Shown: in pieces, positions 1 through 12,167 of the stretch | How positions within the stretch are numbered: position 1 is the stretch's first letter | Layout of the letters: every line of letters starts with the position of its first letter | Source: Octopus sinensis | Lineage: Eukaryota | NCBI RefSeq assembly: GCF_006345805.1 | Contig: NC_042997.1 | Location: 27,466,001 to 27,530,000 of the forward strand | Direction of reading: 5' to 3' | Length of the DNA stretch: 64,000 nt | Notes under the pieces: generated by a model | What the model saw: the letters and a program-made list of their open reading frames with translations, nothing else | Databases searched by the model: none | Told to the model about the DNA's origin: nothing | Made by a program: the position numbers and the translations under genes

Positions 1-9
1 GTAACATAT

Positions 10-70
<61 letters not shown>

Positions 71-148
71 CATACATATATACACACACACATATATACA
101 TATGAGAGAAAAAATGGGGTACGAACAAAGAGAATAGAAACATATATA

Positions 149-547
149 TCTTCTTTATATATAAAAGTGAAGTTGTGTGTCTGTCTCCTACGATTTAGAT
201 TCCTAACTACTTCCACATTTTGCGGTGCAATTTAACCAAAACCGGGTATCTTATAGTCGTGATTCATATCGAGCCCTTCTGGGTATTAGCGCGCGTCTAC
301 GATGAGTCTACGATTTAAAAAAATATTACCATCATTTTTTTCATTTTAATGCATTTTTTCGCTATTATATAAGGGAAGTAACTCTCTAAAAATGTCTACG
401 ATGAGTCAACGATTTAAAAAAAATTTACCATCATTTTTTCTCCATTTTCAATGCATTTTTTTGCTATTTTTTTCGCTATAACTCTCTAAAAATGCTTATA
501 TAGTTATTTCCTTTACAAACCCGAGCAACGCTGGCCGATACTGCTAG
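149..547 (+). mobile_element. Non-autonomous Helitron-like element
   Basis: Starts TC (TCTTCTTTATATATAAAAG), ends with GC-rich subterminal stretch then CTAG, sits between A148 and T548; absent from the mirrored site near 11430 in the other palindrome arm. Confidence 0.6.
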
Positions 548-659
548 TGAGTTTATAAAGAAACAACTGGCGCGTGTTAAAAAGCGTCACTCGATATGAG
601 GAAGTTTTAATTTTGTCATAGTGGACTACATCGTTTTGGAATCCATACTTTGTTAGTTA

Positions 660-721
660 CCTAATAAATTATTGGGTATGTGGAGAATATAATTTAGTCT
701 GTTTACATAGTCTCTTTTCAT
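660..721 (-). other. Degenerate/alternative first-exon region of an IL-17-like copy whose coding exon is predicted left of the window
   Basis: Mirror of 11256-11316; minus strand reads ATG AAA AGA GAC TAT|gtaaac and ...aatttatTAG|gtaact, homologous to donor of copy B. Confidence 0.5.
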
Positions 722-1209
722 AGTCTCTTATAGTCACAAAATTATATTCATATTTAGGGTATTTGAAAATCTCTGACGAAGAAACAATGGAACGAAATCG
801 TAGTCACAGCCAATTTTAAACTTGACATTTATGTTGCGTATTATTTACTAGATACTGACTATTGAATAAACATTTAATATTTAATATGTGTGTCTGACAA
901 AATATGTGGTGTGCGCGTATTGACCATTATTTATGATTTGTCTTATACGAACACACACACAACCACATGGACGCGCGCATGCATACACACACTCACACAC
1001 ACGCACACACATACGCATATATATGTACAGGGCCATATGCCATGCGCCCCTAACACAGTTCACTTCCACAGTGCATACATTCAATACAATATTACTTCTT
1101 CTCGACAACAGGTCTTGCTGTATTTAACATTAATCCCAAAACGAACCAAACAGAAAAAAGATCCTATCACATGCAAATCAAAGCTGTACAAATTTCTTGA
1201 AGGGATACC

Positions 1210-1445
1210 TATTTCTTTACTACCCACAAGGGATTAAAAGCAGAGAGGGCAAACAAGGACAGACAAACGAATTAAGTCGATTATATCGACCCCAGTGCGT
1301 AACTGGTACTTATTTAATCGACCCCGAAAGGATAAAAGGCAAAGACTACCTCGGCGAAATGTGAACTCAGAACGTAGCGGCAGACGAAATACTGCTAAGC
1401 ATTTCACCCGGCGTGCTAACGTTTCTGCCAGCTCACCGCTTTCAA
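1210..1445 (-). mobile_element. tRNA-derived SINE (family starting GCGGTGAGCTGGCAGAAACGTTAGC)
   Basis: Pol III-like head with GAGTTCA(C)AT B-box-like motif; mirrored copy at 10620-10860, partial copy near 41380-41560. Confidence 0.7.
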
Positions 1446-2028
1446 GTGATACCAGGTAAGCTACATCCTAACTGAATACATACATATTAGTCAACAGCAA
1501 AACCCAATTTACAAAGGGCTTTATATCCAAAATCGTTACTTAAAAATGATTTTATCCGGTAGTGCTTAGAAATTAGATATGGTCTGAGCCAATATTTAGC
1601 TTAATCATATCTAAGTTATCTCAGTTATCTCAGTTATCTTTATTTATTTTTACAAGCACAATTACCATACCAATATACTTTTATATATGCACATATGAGT
1701 GTACGCATTTTTTTTTTTTAGAATACTGTACTGAATCCAAGTTTTTGTACTTCGGTCAGCCAAGGTGAATATGGTTTCAAGCCAGACTCTTACACTTTTC
1801 TGTGATGTGAAAGCAATGATTATATATTGCGTTGCATGTCCTTGTAAAGAGTGAAAGCGTTCAAAACTGTATTATTGATTATCTTTGGCAGATGGTTGCT
1901 CATTTATACTCAACTGCGATTCTAGATAAATTGGAACTGTGATTAACAACACTTTGAGTAGAAAATTCCCATTAGCATCGAAAACTAATCAACAGGTAAG
2001 TGAATATATATACATATACATATACATA

Positions 2029-2108
<80 letters not shown>

Positions 2109-2439
2109 TGTATGTATGTATGTATGTATGTATGTATGTATGCATGCATGTATGTATGTGTATGTATACATATGGCCCCAGTACATATATTTAGTTAATG
2201 TAGGATGAAAATATTATTACAAAGATAAATATAGCAGATAATATCATTGTAGTATATTTACTTACTGTAGATGTCTTCATTGTAATGTTCGAGTTCGATA
2301 ACTTGGCACAAAATGTAGAGTCGGTAGCTGTATACTATTATTATTTTCAACTTCGGTCGAATTGTTCTCTTCTCGATGTGATTGGCGATGTGATTGACAT
2401 TAACCTGTCCCGTGTTTGCTTATATATAGTATAAACACA

Positions 2440-3425
2440 AAGCAGAATTACATTGTGCAACGTATATTCTCATTCAACGATAATTGTAGGGACACAAATG
2501 TGTTCGGAAATGCATTTTTCCGTCAAAGTTGCAGATCCGGCGATAATCTATCACATATTGGAAATAAGAACTTCTTGTCACCGACATAATTCTTCTAAAA
2601 TGTGTTAAAAGGAACAGGACATTGATTTTTTTACAGTTTATTAACCTGCTAACCCACATATCACGGGGGCGGTGTCTGTGGTCAGGATTGATCCACAGGT
2701 ACCGGAAACTAAAACACGTTACACTTCTAAATTTTAATTTAATACCATTGCGTTTGTGTATGATTAGACATATTTTTTTCTACTTTTTAACATTTCAAAT
2801 ATGATATTTGAGTAAGGCGCATTCATATGAGAAGCGTTGCATAAAGAGTGTATAATCTTCAAATTCACAAACTTTTTTCAAAATAACAGGTGGTTAATGA
2901 TATAAAGAATATTTTATATTTGTTTTTAGCTTTTGATATAAAATGAATACAAAGCGGAATTACATTGTCTAAAGCCTGTTATTGTTTTTCAAACAAAGAT
3001 ATTCGGAAATGCATCTATCCGTCGAAGTTGCAAATCCGGCGATAATCTATCACATATTGGAAATAAGAACTTCTTGTGACCGACATATTTCTTGTAATGT
3101 GTGTTAAGAGGAACAGGACATTATAATGCTAACCTGTTGACCCATATATTGCACGGGGGTGGTGTCTGTGGTCATGATTGATCCACAGGTACCGGAAATT
3201 AAAAAAAAACATTACACTTCTAAATTTCAATACTATTGTGCATGTGTATGACTAGTAAAAGCATTTTTTTTATTTTTCATTTCGAATATTATATTTGAAT
3301 AAGGCCCGTTCATATGAGCAGCGTTGCATGAAGAGAATACAATCTTCAAATTCATAAACTTTTTTATAATAACCGGTGATAAATGATATAAAGAATATTT
3401 TATATTTGTTTTTAGCTATTGATAT
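2440..3425. repeat. ~510-bp tandem duplication upstream of the IL-17 unit
   Basis: Repeated GGAAATGCAT...GATAATCTATCACATATTGGAAATAAGAACTTCTTG block at ~2507 and ~3006; same duplication at 8830-9790 (inverted) and 34960-35960. Confidence 0.85.
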
Positions 3426-4399
3426 ACCTGAATGATTAAATTGTGTCCAGTGTTATGTCGTATATGATAATTTTTGTTCTCTTGGGTACCATTCTCCTTC
3501 TTGTGCTAATGTTATTTTTGATGACTTCGGCCATTGTAGATATTCCAGGTGAAATTAAGTTGACGGTGCAAACCGGCAATATGGACATTTCTGATAATTA
3601 AAATGTACGGCATTATCACACAATGTGACACGCTGAATCCGCGCCAACATTTTGCTAAATATAAGCCTGTCTGAGGAATGCTCAAACATTTATATGCTAA
3701 TATAATAAGCAAGTAGTTTAATTCATCGCTCATCAGAGAACCGACGAAGGTGCTTTTTGTTGGGTAACAAAAAATATAATTATAAACACTTCCAGACAGA
3801 ATATTCGTTTCAATATACCCTTTTCAATTATTTCAAGACGAATACAGTAGTATATATTATTATATGGAATGAATTAAATCATCTATCATCTTTTGATGAA
3901 AATTTAACAAAAGTAAAGCAACATATGACATATATACAAATAATGTTGGTGAAGAAGATTCATTCTTACTGCAACATTATTGAATGACATCCAACTAGAT
4001 ATAAAGAACAACTCCCATCTGTAAACTGCAATCTTACAACTAACTCACACACACACACACACACACACTCACGCGCACATACACATACATACACTCATGC
4101 GCGTGCGCACACACATACATTATACTATGGGTAAATTGTCTCCATTTTTCAATTTGAATTTTACGCATTATTTGATTTTGATTTTGTCGACTACACAGGA
4201 TAGTTGTATCAGTTGGACGCTATCTGTGAGAAAATCACCATGACTCAATTCACTCTGCCAGAAAGTTGGAAATGACATTCTGTACTGCTTAGTATTTGCG
4301 TTGGAAGCTCCGATACGAACAGATGGTGAACACGCAGAAAACCGTTAGCTTGCCGTGTTCCCAAAACATGTACCGAGAGTAACAGATATCAAACATCAG

Positions 4400-4975
4400 T
4401 CAACATTACGGTGTTTGGAGTGATCATTAGTGATGATGGCGTTATGCTTTAATATATCATCCCACACGGCCTCAGACTCAAAACAGAAGGCTGCATCAAG
4501 AGCTTGGAGGAATTAGTGCTGCCCTGGATCTAGACGGTGGCTGTTGGAAGAGCCTGTGTCTGGCAAGAGGACTCTGTACTATGTCACACAAACAGTCATG
4601 GCTGTCAGACAATTTCTGCCACCACATCACCCCTAACATCTGGCCACCTAACTCCTCTGACTGCAACACCACTTGATTATTATGTGTGAGGTGCAGTTGA
4701 GCGAGAAACCATCAAAACTCCTTGTAACGCCAAAGATGAACTGAAGGCACGGATTATGGCAGCCCTCAAGAGACCGTTCAAAAGTGTTGCAGAGGATTCC
4801 GAAGTCGCCTGGGGGCCGTGGTTGAATCCAATGGCGATTTTATTGAAAGAATTTACTCTTTAGTATTTTAAGATAGTTTTATTTACTTTTGGTAAATATA
4901 TCTTTTAAAATGAGATGTCAGTGTTATTTTCCTGTTTGCATAATTTAGACGACAATATATTCACTGCACTCTGTT
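4400..4975 (+). mobile_element. Tc1/mariner (maT/DD37D-like) transposase remnant
   Basis: Degenerate translation VFGVIISDDGV...SWLSDNFCHHITPNIWPPNSSDCN.LDYY resembling mariner WPPNSPDxNPLDY motif; mirrored at 7260-7830. Confidence 0.75.
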
Positions 4976-5059
4976 TATATAGATATGCATGTGTGTATGT
5001 ATATGTATAAATATATATGTATGCGTATACTAATTATATACATACATACATACATATAC

Positions 5060-5088
<29 letters not shown>

Positions 5089-5091
<3 letters not shown>

Positions 5092-5772
5092 TTATATATA
5101 TAAAACTGAGAATGTGTTTCTGTCTGTCTGTGTGTTTCCCTAAAACTTGAGAACTACACTACCAATTTCATTCAAATTTTACGCATGCCTTACTTAGGGT
5201 CCGGGGAGTGTCATCAGCAAAAAATTTTAACTTTTTGCCTAGGGTAAGCCCACAGCAATATCATATCTTCTCCACTACGATTCCCTTAAACTTGAGAACT
5301 ACACAACCAATTTCATTCAAATTTTACATATGCCTTACTTAGGGTCCATGTTCAACTTCTTGCTTAGAGCGAGCCCATAGCAATATCATATCTTCTTCAC
5401 TATTTCAGTATTACGTGTTAAAAGTGAAACAAAAATATTTCTCTATTTTATGTCAGATGCTTCCACTTTAACAATAAAAATAATAATAACAATTCATTTA
5501 TATGTAGTAAGTAATAATTAAAATCAAACTAAAGTATAATATAATCCTAACATAACAAAGGTAAAAATAGCAATTGGTATAAAATTGCATCAATGATTTG
5601 AACTTGAATAAGTGGTTTCACATGTATGGGAATAAATTAAAAATAAAATTAGCGTGCAGAAATGGAATAGTTCAGATGGATAATAAATAATTAAATTAAA
5701 GAAAATACTATTGTCTATAAAGTATACAATGTAGAGAAAAAAGAAGAGCTAATTGAGTATTGTTATCACTAG
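5089..5772 (+). mobile_element. Possible Helitron-like insertion, left arm only
   Basis: 5' end TCTTTATATATATAAAA followed by TGTCTG repeats like the 149-547 element; internal tandem duplication; CTAG at 5769-5772; absent from right arm. Confidence 0.4.
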
Positions 5773-5782
5773 CGATATCAAG

Positions 5783-5823
<41 letters not shown>

Positions 5824-5836
<13 letters not shown>

Positions 5837-6409
5837 CGTCGGCTCCAGCTCGTATCCGAGCATTGGGTTCGTCATTTTCTATCTAGTATCCTCGGCTGAT
5901 GTTTGCGCCGAAAGTTACTTTGGATTCCAAGTCGGTGGTGAGAGAGTCGTGGGCAGAATTCGCACAGGATGGTCGATGTGGATCGAGTATGTTGACGCTC
6001 CTTTCTTCTGTATTTTACCGCCTCATTCTTTTGGCTGTTCTGCTCGAAGGAGCTGGCTACATTGTGGATAGCAGTCGTCCAGGCTGTCATATCCATGCCA
6101 CTTTTTTCCCATGAGGATATTTGGATATTAGTTTGAGCCCGGGTCTGTTTGAGCTGTTCTTTAAAACAGAATTTTAGACCACCTCTGGATCTTGTTCCGA
6201 TTGCAAGTGCTCCGTGGAGCATGATCCACGGAAGACGTGAGGGCTCCATACGCTGGACGTGACCTACCCAGCGGAGGCTACGGCTGAAAATGGTGGATTC
6301 GATGTTTAGTTGTGAGGCACGGCGAAGAACATCGTTGTTGGTAATGTGATCTTCCCATCGAATATTGAAGATCTTTCGTAGATTGAATTGCTTGAAGCAT
6401 TCGAGGCGC
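5824..6409 (-). mobile_element. RTE-clade LINE 3' fragment (mirror copy)
   Basis: Minus-strand ORF MEPSRLPWIMLHGALAIGTRSRGG...CEFCPR typical of RTE 3' end; reverse complement of 6446-7020. Confidence 0.85.
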
Positions 6410-7016
6410 CTGTGAGATTTGGATGCTGTATCGCCGTCACTTCAAGCGCCTCGAATGCTTCAAGCAATTCAATCTACGAAAGATCTTCAATATTCGATTG
6501 GAAGATCACATTACCAACAACGATGTTCTTCGCCGTGCCTCACAACCAAACATCGAATCCACCATTTTCAGCCGTAGCCTCCGCTGGGTAGGTCACGTCC
6601 AGCGTATGGAGCCCTCGCGTCTTCCGTGGATCATGCTACACGGAGCACTTGCAATCGGAACAAGATCCAGAGGTGGTCTAAAATTCTGTTTTAAAGAACA
6701 GCTCAAACGGACCCGGGCTCAAACTAATATCTAAACATCCTCATGGGAAAAAAGTGGCATGGATAGATCAGCCTGGAGGACTGCTATCCGGAATGGAACC
6801 AGCTCCTTCGATCAGAACAGACAAAAGACTGATTGGTAAAATACAGGTGACGAAAGGAGCGTCAACATCCTCGACCCACACTGACTATCCTGTGCGAATT
6901 CTGAATTCTGCCCACGACTCTCTCACCCTCGACTTGGACTCCAAAGTCACAAACATCAACCGTGGAGACTGAATAGAAACTGACGAACCTAATACTCGGA
7001 TACGAGCTGGAGCCGA

Positions 7017-7020
<4 letters not shown>
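6410..7020 (+). mobile_element. RTE-clade LINE 3' fragment, 5'-truncated at the P1 centre
   Basis: CEIWMLYRRHFKRLECFKQFNLRKIFNIRLEDHITNNDVLRRA...LRWVGHVQRMEPSRLP is RTE-type RT C-terminal region. Confidence 0.85.
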
Positions 7021-7082
<62 letters not shown>

Positions 7083-7259
7083 TTATGTATATAATTTATG
7101 TATATAATTAGTATACATATATATTTATACATATACATATATACATACATACATACATACATACATACATGCATACATACATACATACATACATACATAC
7201 ATACATACATACATACATACATACATACATACATACATACATACATACACATATATATA

Positions 7260-7830
7260 AACAGAGTCTAAATTACGCAAAAAGGAAAATAACACTGACA
7301 TCTCATTTTAAAAGATATAGTTACCAAAAGTACATAAAATTATCTTAAAATACTAAAGAGTAAATTCTTTCAATAAAATCACCATTGGCTTCAACTACGG
7401 CCTCCAGGCGACTTCGGAATCCTCTGAGACACTTCTGAACGGTCTTTTGTTTAGGTTCGTGAATGCTGCCATAATCCTTGTTTTCAGGTCATTTTTGGCG
7501 TTACAAGGAGTTTTGATGGTCTCTCGCTCAACTGCACCGCCACACATAATAATCAAGGAGGTTGTAGTCTGGGGAGTTAGATGGCCAGATATTAGGAGTG
7601 ATGTGATGGCAGAAATTGTCTGACAGCCATGACTGTTTGTGTGGCATGATAGAGAGTCCTGTTGCCAGACATAGTCTTCCAGCAGCCACCGTCTTGATCC
7701 AGGGCAGCTCTAACCCCTTCAAACACTTGATGCAGGCCTCTGTTTTGAGTCTGAGGCCGTGTGGGATGATATATTGAAGCATAACGCCATCATCACTAAT
7801 GATCACTCCAAACACCGTAATGTTGACTGA
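7260..7830 (-). mobile_element. Tc1/mariner transposase remnant (mirror of 4400-4975)
   Basis: ORF 7528-7815 MFGVIISDDGV...IWPSNSPDYNLLDYYVW. Confidence 0.75.
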
Positions 7831-10111
7831 TGTTTGATATCTGTTACTCTCGATACATGTTTTGGGAACACGGCAAGCTAACGGTTTTCCGTGTGTTCAC
7901 TATCTGTTCGTATCGGAGCTTCCAGCGCGAATACTAAGCAGTACAGAATGTCATTTCCAACTTTATGGCAGAGTGAATTGAGTCATGGTGAGTTTCTCAC
8001 GGATAGCGTCCAACTGATACAACTATCCTGTGTAGTCGACAAAATCAAAATCAAATAATGCGTAAAATTCAAATTGAAAAATGGAGACAATTTACCTATA
8101 GCATACTGTATGTGTGTGCGCGCGTGCGTTTGCGTGTTTGTGTGTGGGTTTGTGCGTGTGTGTGTGTGTGAGTTATTTGTAAGATTGCAGTTTACAGACA
8201 GGAATTGTTCTTTATATCTAGTTAGATGACATTCCATAATGTTGCAATAAGAATAAATCTTCTTCACCAACATTATTCGTATATATGTCATATGATGTTG
8301 TACGTTTGGTAAATTCTCATTAAAAAAATGATAGATGATTTAATTCATTCCATACAATAATATATACTACTGTATTCGTCTTGAAATAATTGAAAAAGGT
8401 ATATTGAAACGAATATTCTGTCTGGAAGTGTTAATACTTATATTTTGTGTTACCGAACCAAAAAGCACCTTCGTCAGTTCTCTGGTGAGCGATGAATTGA
8501 ACTACTTGCTTATTATATTAGCATATAAATGGCTGAGCATTCCTCAGACAGGCTTATATTTAGCAAAATGTTGGCGCGGATTCAGCGTGTCACGTTGTGT
8601 GATAATGCCGTACGTTTTAATTATCAGAAATGTCCATATTGCTGGTTTTGCACCGTCAACTTAATTTCACCTGGAATATCTACAATGGCCGAAGTCATCA
8701 AAAATAACATTAGCACAAGAAGGGGAATTGTACCCAAGAAACAAAAATTATCAAATACGACATAACACTGGACACAATTTAAGCATTCGGGTATATCAAT
8801 AGCTAAAAACAAATATAAAATATTCTTTATATCATTTATCACCAGTTACTATAAAAAAGTTTATGAATTTGAAGATTATATTCTCTTCATGCAACGCTGC
8901 TCATATGAACGGGCCTTATTCAAATATAATATTCGAAATGTGAAATAAAAAAATTGCTTTTTCTAACCATACACATGTACAATAATATTGAAATTAAATT
9001 TAGAAGTGTAATGTTTTTTTTAGATTTTTTTATTTCCGGTACCTGAGGATCAATCATGACCACAGACCCCACCCCCGTGCAATATATGGGTCAACAGGTT
9101 AGCATTATAATATCCTGTTCCTCTTAACACACATTACAAGAAATATGTCGGTCACAAGAAGTTCTTATTTACAATATGTGATAGATTATCGCCGGATTTG
9201 CAACTTCGACGGATAGATGCATTTCCGAATATCTTTGTTTGAAAAACAATAACAGGCTTTAGACAATGTAATTCCGCTTTGTATTCATTTTATATCAATC
9301 GCTAAAAACAAATATAAATTATTCTTTATATCATTTACCACCTGTTATTTTGAAAAAAGTTTGTGAATTTGAAGATTATACACTCTTTATGCAACGCTTC
9401 TCATATGAATGCGCCTTACTCAAATATCATATTTGAAATGTGAAAAAGTAGAAAAAAATCTGTCTAATCATACACAAACACAATGGTATTAAATTAAAAT
9501 TTAGAAGCGTAACGTGTTTTAGTTTCCGGTACCTGTGGATCAATCCTGACCACAGTCACCGCCCCCGTGATATGTGGGTTAGCAGGTTAATAAACTGTAA
9601 AAAAATCAATGTCCTGTTCCTTTTAACACATTTTAGAAGAATTATGTCGGTGACAAGAAGTTCTTATTTCCAATATGTGATAGATTATCGCCGGATCTGC
9701 AACTTTGACGGAAAAGTGCATTTCCGAAGACTTTTGAATCTCTACAATTTTCGTTGAATGACAATATACTTTGCACAATGTAATTCCGCTTTGTATTTAT
9801 ATTATATATAAGCAAACACGGGACAGGTTAATATCATTAAGAACGCCAATCACATCGAGAAGAGAACAATTCGACCGAAGTTGAAAATAATAATAGTATA
9901 CAGCTACCGACTCTACATTTATTGCCAAGTAATCGAACTCGAACATTACAATGAAGACATCTACAGTAAGTAAATATACTACAGTGATATTATCTGCTAT
10001 ATTTATCTTTGTAATAATATTTTCATCCTACATTAACTAAATATATGTACTGGGGCCATATGTATACATACATACATACATGCATGCATGCATACATACG
10101 TACACACATAC

Positions 10112-10144
<33 letters not shown>

Positions 10145-10152
10145 CACACACA

Positions 10153-10235
<83 letters not shown>

Positions 10236-10619
10236 TATGTATATGTATCTGTATATATATTCACTTACCTGTTGATTAGTTTTCGATGCTAATGGGAATT
10301 TTCTACTCAAAGTGTTGTTAATCACAGTTCCAATTTATCTAGAATCGCAGTTGAGTATAAATGAGCAACCATCTGCCAAAAATAATCAATAATACACTTT
10401 CGAACTCTTTCACTCTTTACAAGGACATGCAACGCAAACTATAATCATTGTTTTCACATCACAGAAAAGTGTAAGAGTCTTGGTTTGAAACCATATTCAT
10501 CTTGACTGACCGAATTCATTTTTAAGTAACGATTTTGGATATAAAGCCCTTTGTAAATTGGGTTTTGCTGTTGACTAATATGTATGTATTCAGGTAGGAT
10601 GTAGCTTACCTGGTATCAC

Positions 10620-10860
10620 TTGAAAGCGGCGAGCTTGCAAAATCGTTAGCACGCCAGGTGAAATGCTCAGCAGTATTTTGTCTGCCGCTATGTTCTGAGT
10701 TCCAATTTCGCCGAGGTCGACTTTGCCTTTCATCCTTTCGGGGTCGATTAAGTAAGTCCCAGTTACGCACTGGGGTCGATATAATCGACTTAATCCGTTT
10801 GTCTGTCCTTGTTTGTCCTCTCTGTGTTTAGCCCCTTGTAGGCAGCAAAGAATTAGGTAT
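10620..10860 (+). mobile_element. tRNA-derived SINE (mirror of 1210-1445)
   Basis: Reverse complement of 1210-1445. Confidence 0.7.
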
Positions 10861-11492
10861 CCCTTGAAGAAATTTGTACAGCTTTGATTTGCATGTGATA
10901 GGATTGAATGTATGCACTGTGGAAGTTAACTGTGTTAGGGGCGCATGGCATATGGCCCTGTACATATATATGCGTATGTGTGTGAGTGTGTGCGTGTGCC
11001 TGTGCTTGTGTGTGTTTGTGTGTGTGCGTATAAGACAAAGCATAAATAATGCTCAATGCACGCACACCACTTATTTTGTCAGACACACATATTCAATTTT
11101 AAATGTTTATTCAATAGTCAGTATCTAGTAAATAATACACAACATAAATGTCAAGTTTATAACTGACTCTGACTACTATTTCGTTCCATTGTTTCTTCGT
11201 CAAAGATTTACAAATACCTTAAATATGAATATAAATTTTGTGACTATAAGAGACTATGTCAAGAAACTATGTAAAGAGACTAAATTATATTCTCCACATC
11301 CACGATACTTTATTAGGTAACTAGCAAAGTATGGATTCCAGAACCATGTTGTCTGCTATGTTTAACAAAATTAAAACTTCCTCGTATCGAGTGACGCTTT
11401 TTAACACGCACCAGTTGTTTTTTTATAAACTCATGCATATGTGTCTATTCTCGCTGTTCGTACCCCAATTTTTCTCTCGCTGTAGATATATG

Positions 11493-11585
<93 letters not shown>

Positions 11586-11634
11586 TATATATATATATAT
11601 TATATATTATATATGTATATATATTTATATCTAC

Positions 11635-11671
<37 letters not shown>

Positions 11672-12167
11672 CTATATATATATATAATATATATATATAT
11701 TATATATATATGTGTGTGTGTGTGTGTATGTATATCTATAAATCTATTAAAGAGGCATATTACTCTACCTCCGGTATTCGAGTACTATTTTTTCCACCTT
11801 GTTTTGTATTTACGAGCTCACCCTGGTATATAAGTATATATGTATATATGCATAATCCCCTTTCCGTTCTTTCACTTTCTTTTTATTCGACTGAGACCCT
11901 TTATATCGACCACTATTAAAAATCTTAGTAATTGAGATATTTTACAAACAAAAGTTTTAGGTTTTGATTTCATTTTTTTTTGTTTATATTTGTGTTTTCG
12001 CGTATCACTTTGGTATTTGTCACTCATTCAACTTTCAGTAATAGAGTTCCGTAAAATATTTCGTCATACATTTATATATGCGTCGAAAGTAAATGAATTC
12101 TTTGATTAAGCTGATAAATGTCTCAAATCGAAAGTAACCTTGACAAAGATATATTTTTCTCTGACAG

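Larger units (their letters stand above)
100..6409 (-). repeat. Left arm of giant palindrome P1 (may extend beyond window start)
   Basis: Reverse-complement matches to 6446-11480 seen block by block (e.g. 548-880 vs 11080-11430, 1210-1445 vs 10620-10860, 2200-4970 vs 7260-10030, 5824-6409 vs 6446-7020). Confidence 0.95.
6446..11480 (+). repeat. Right arm of giant palindrome P1
   Basis: Reverse complement of ~100-6409, with arm-specific insertions and different microsatellite lengths. Confidence 0.95.

Noticed and set aside
771-812. CTGACGA...GAAAT.CGTA hammerhead-like string upstream of the IL-17 first exon
   Set aside because: No convincing stems II or III and degenerate in the homologous copies
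1892-1995. Apparent exon antisense to IL-17 (ggcag acceptor, CAG|GTAAGT donor), mirrored near 10265-10370
   Set aside because: Early stop codon and splice signals not conserved in the third unit (~34450-34570); no support without transcripts
2440-3425. Regular repeats as a CRISPR-like array
   Set aside because: Eukaryotic context; ~510-bp tandem units with no short repeat-spacer pattern or cas genes
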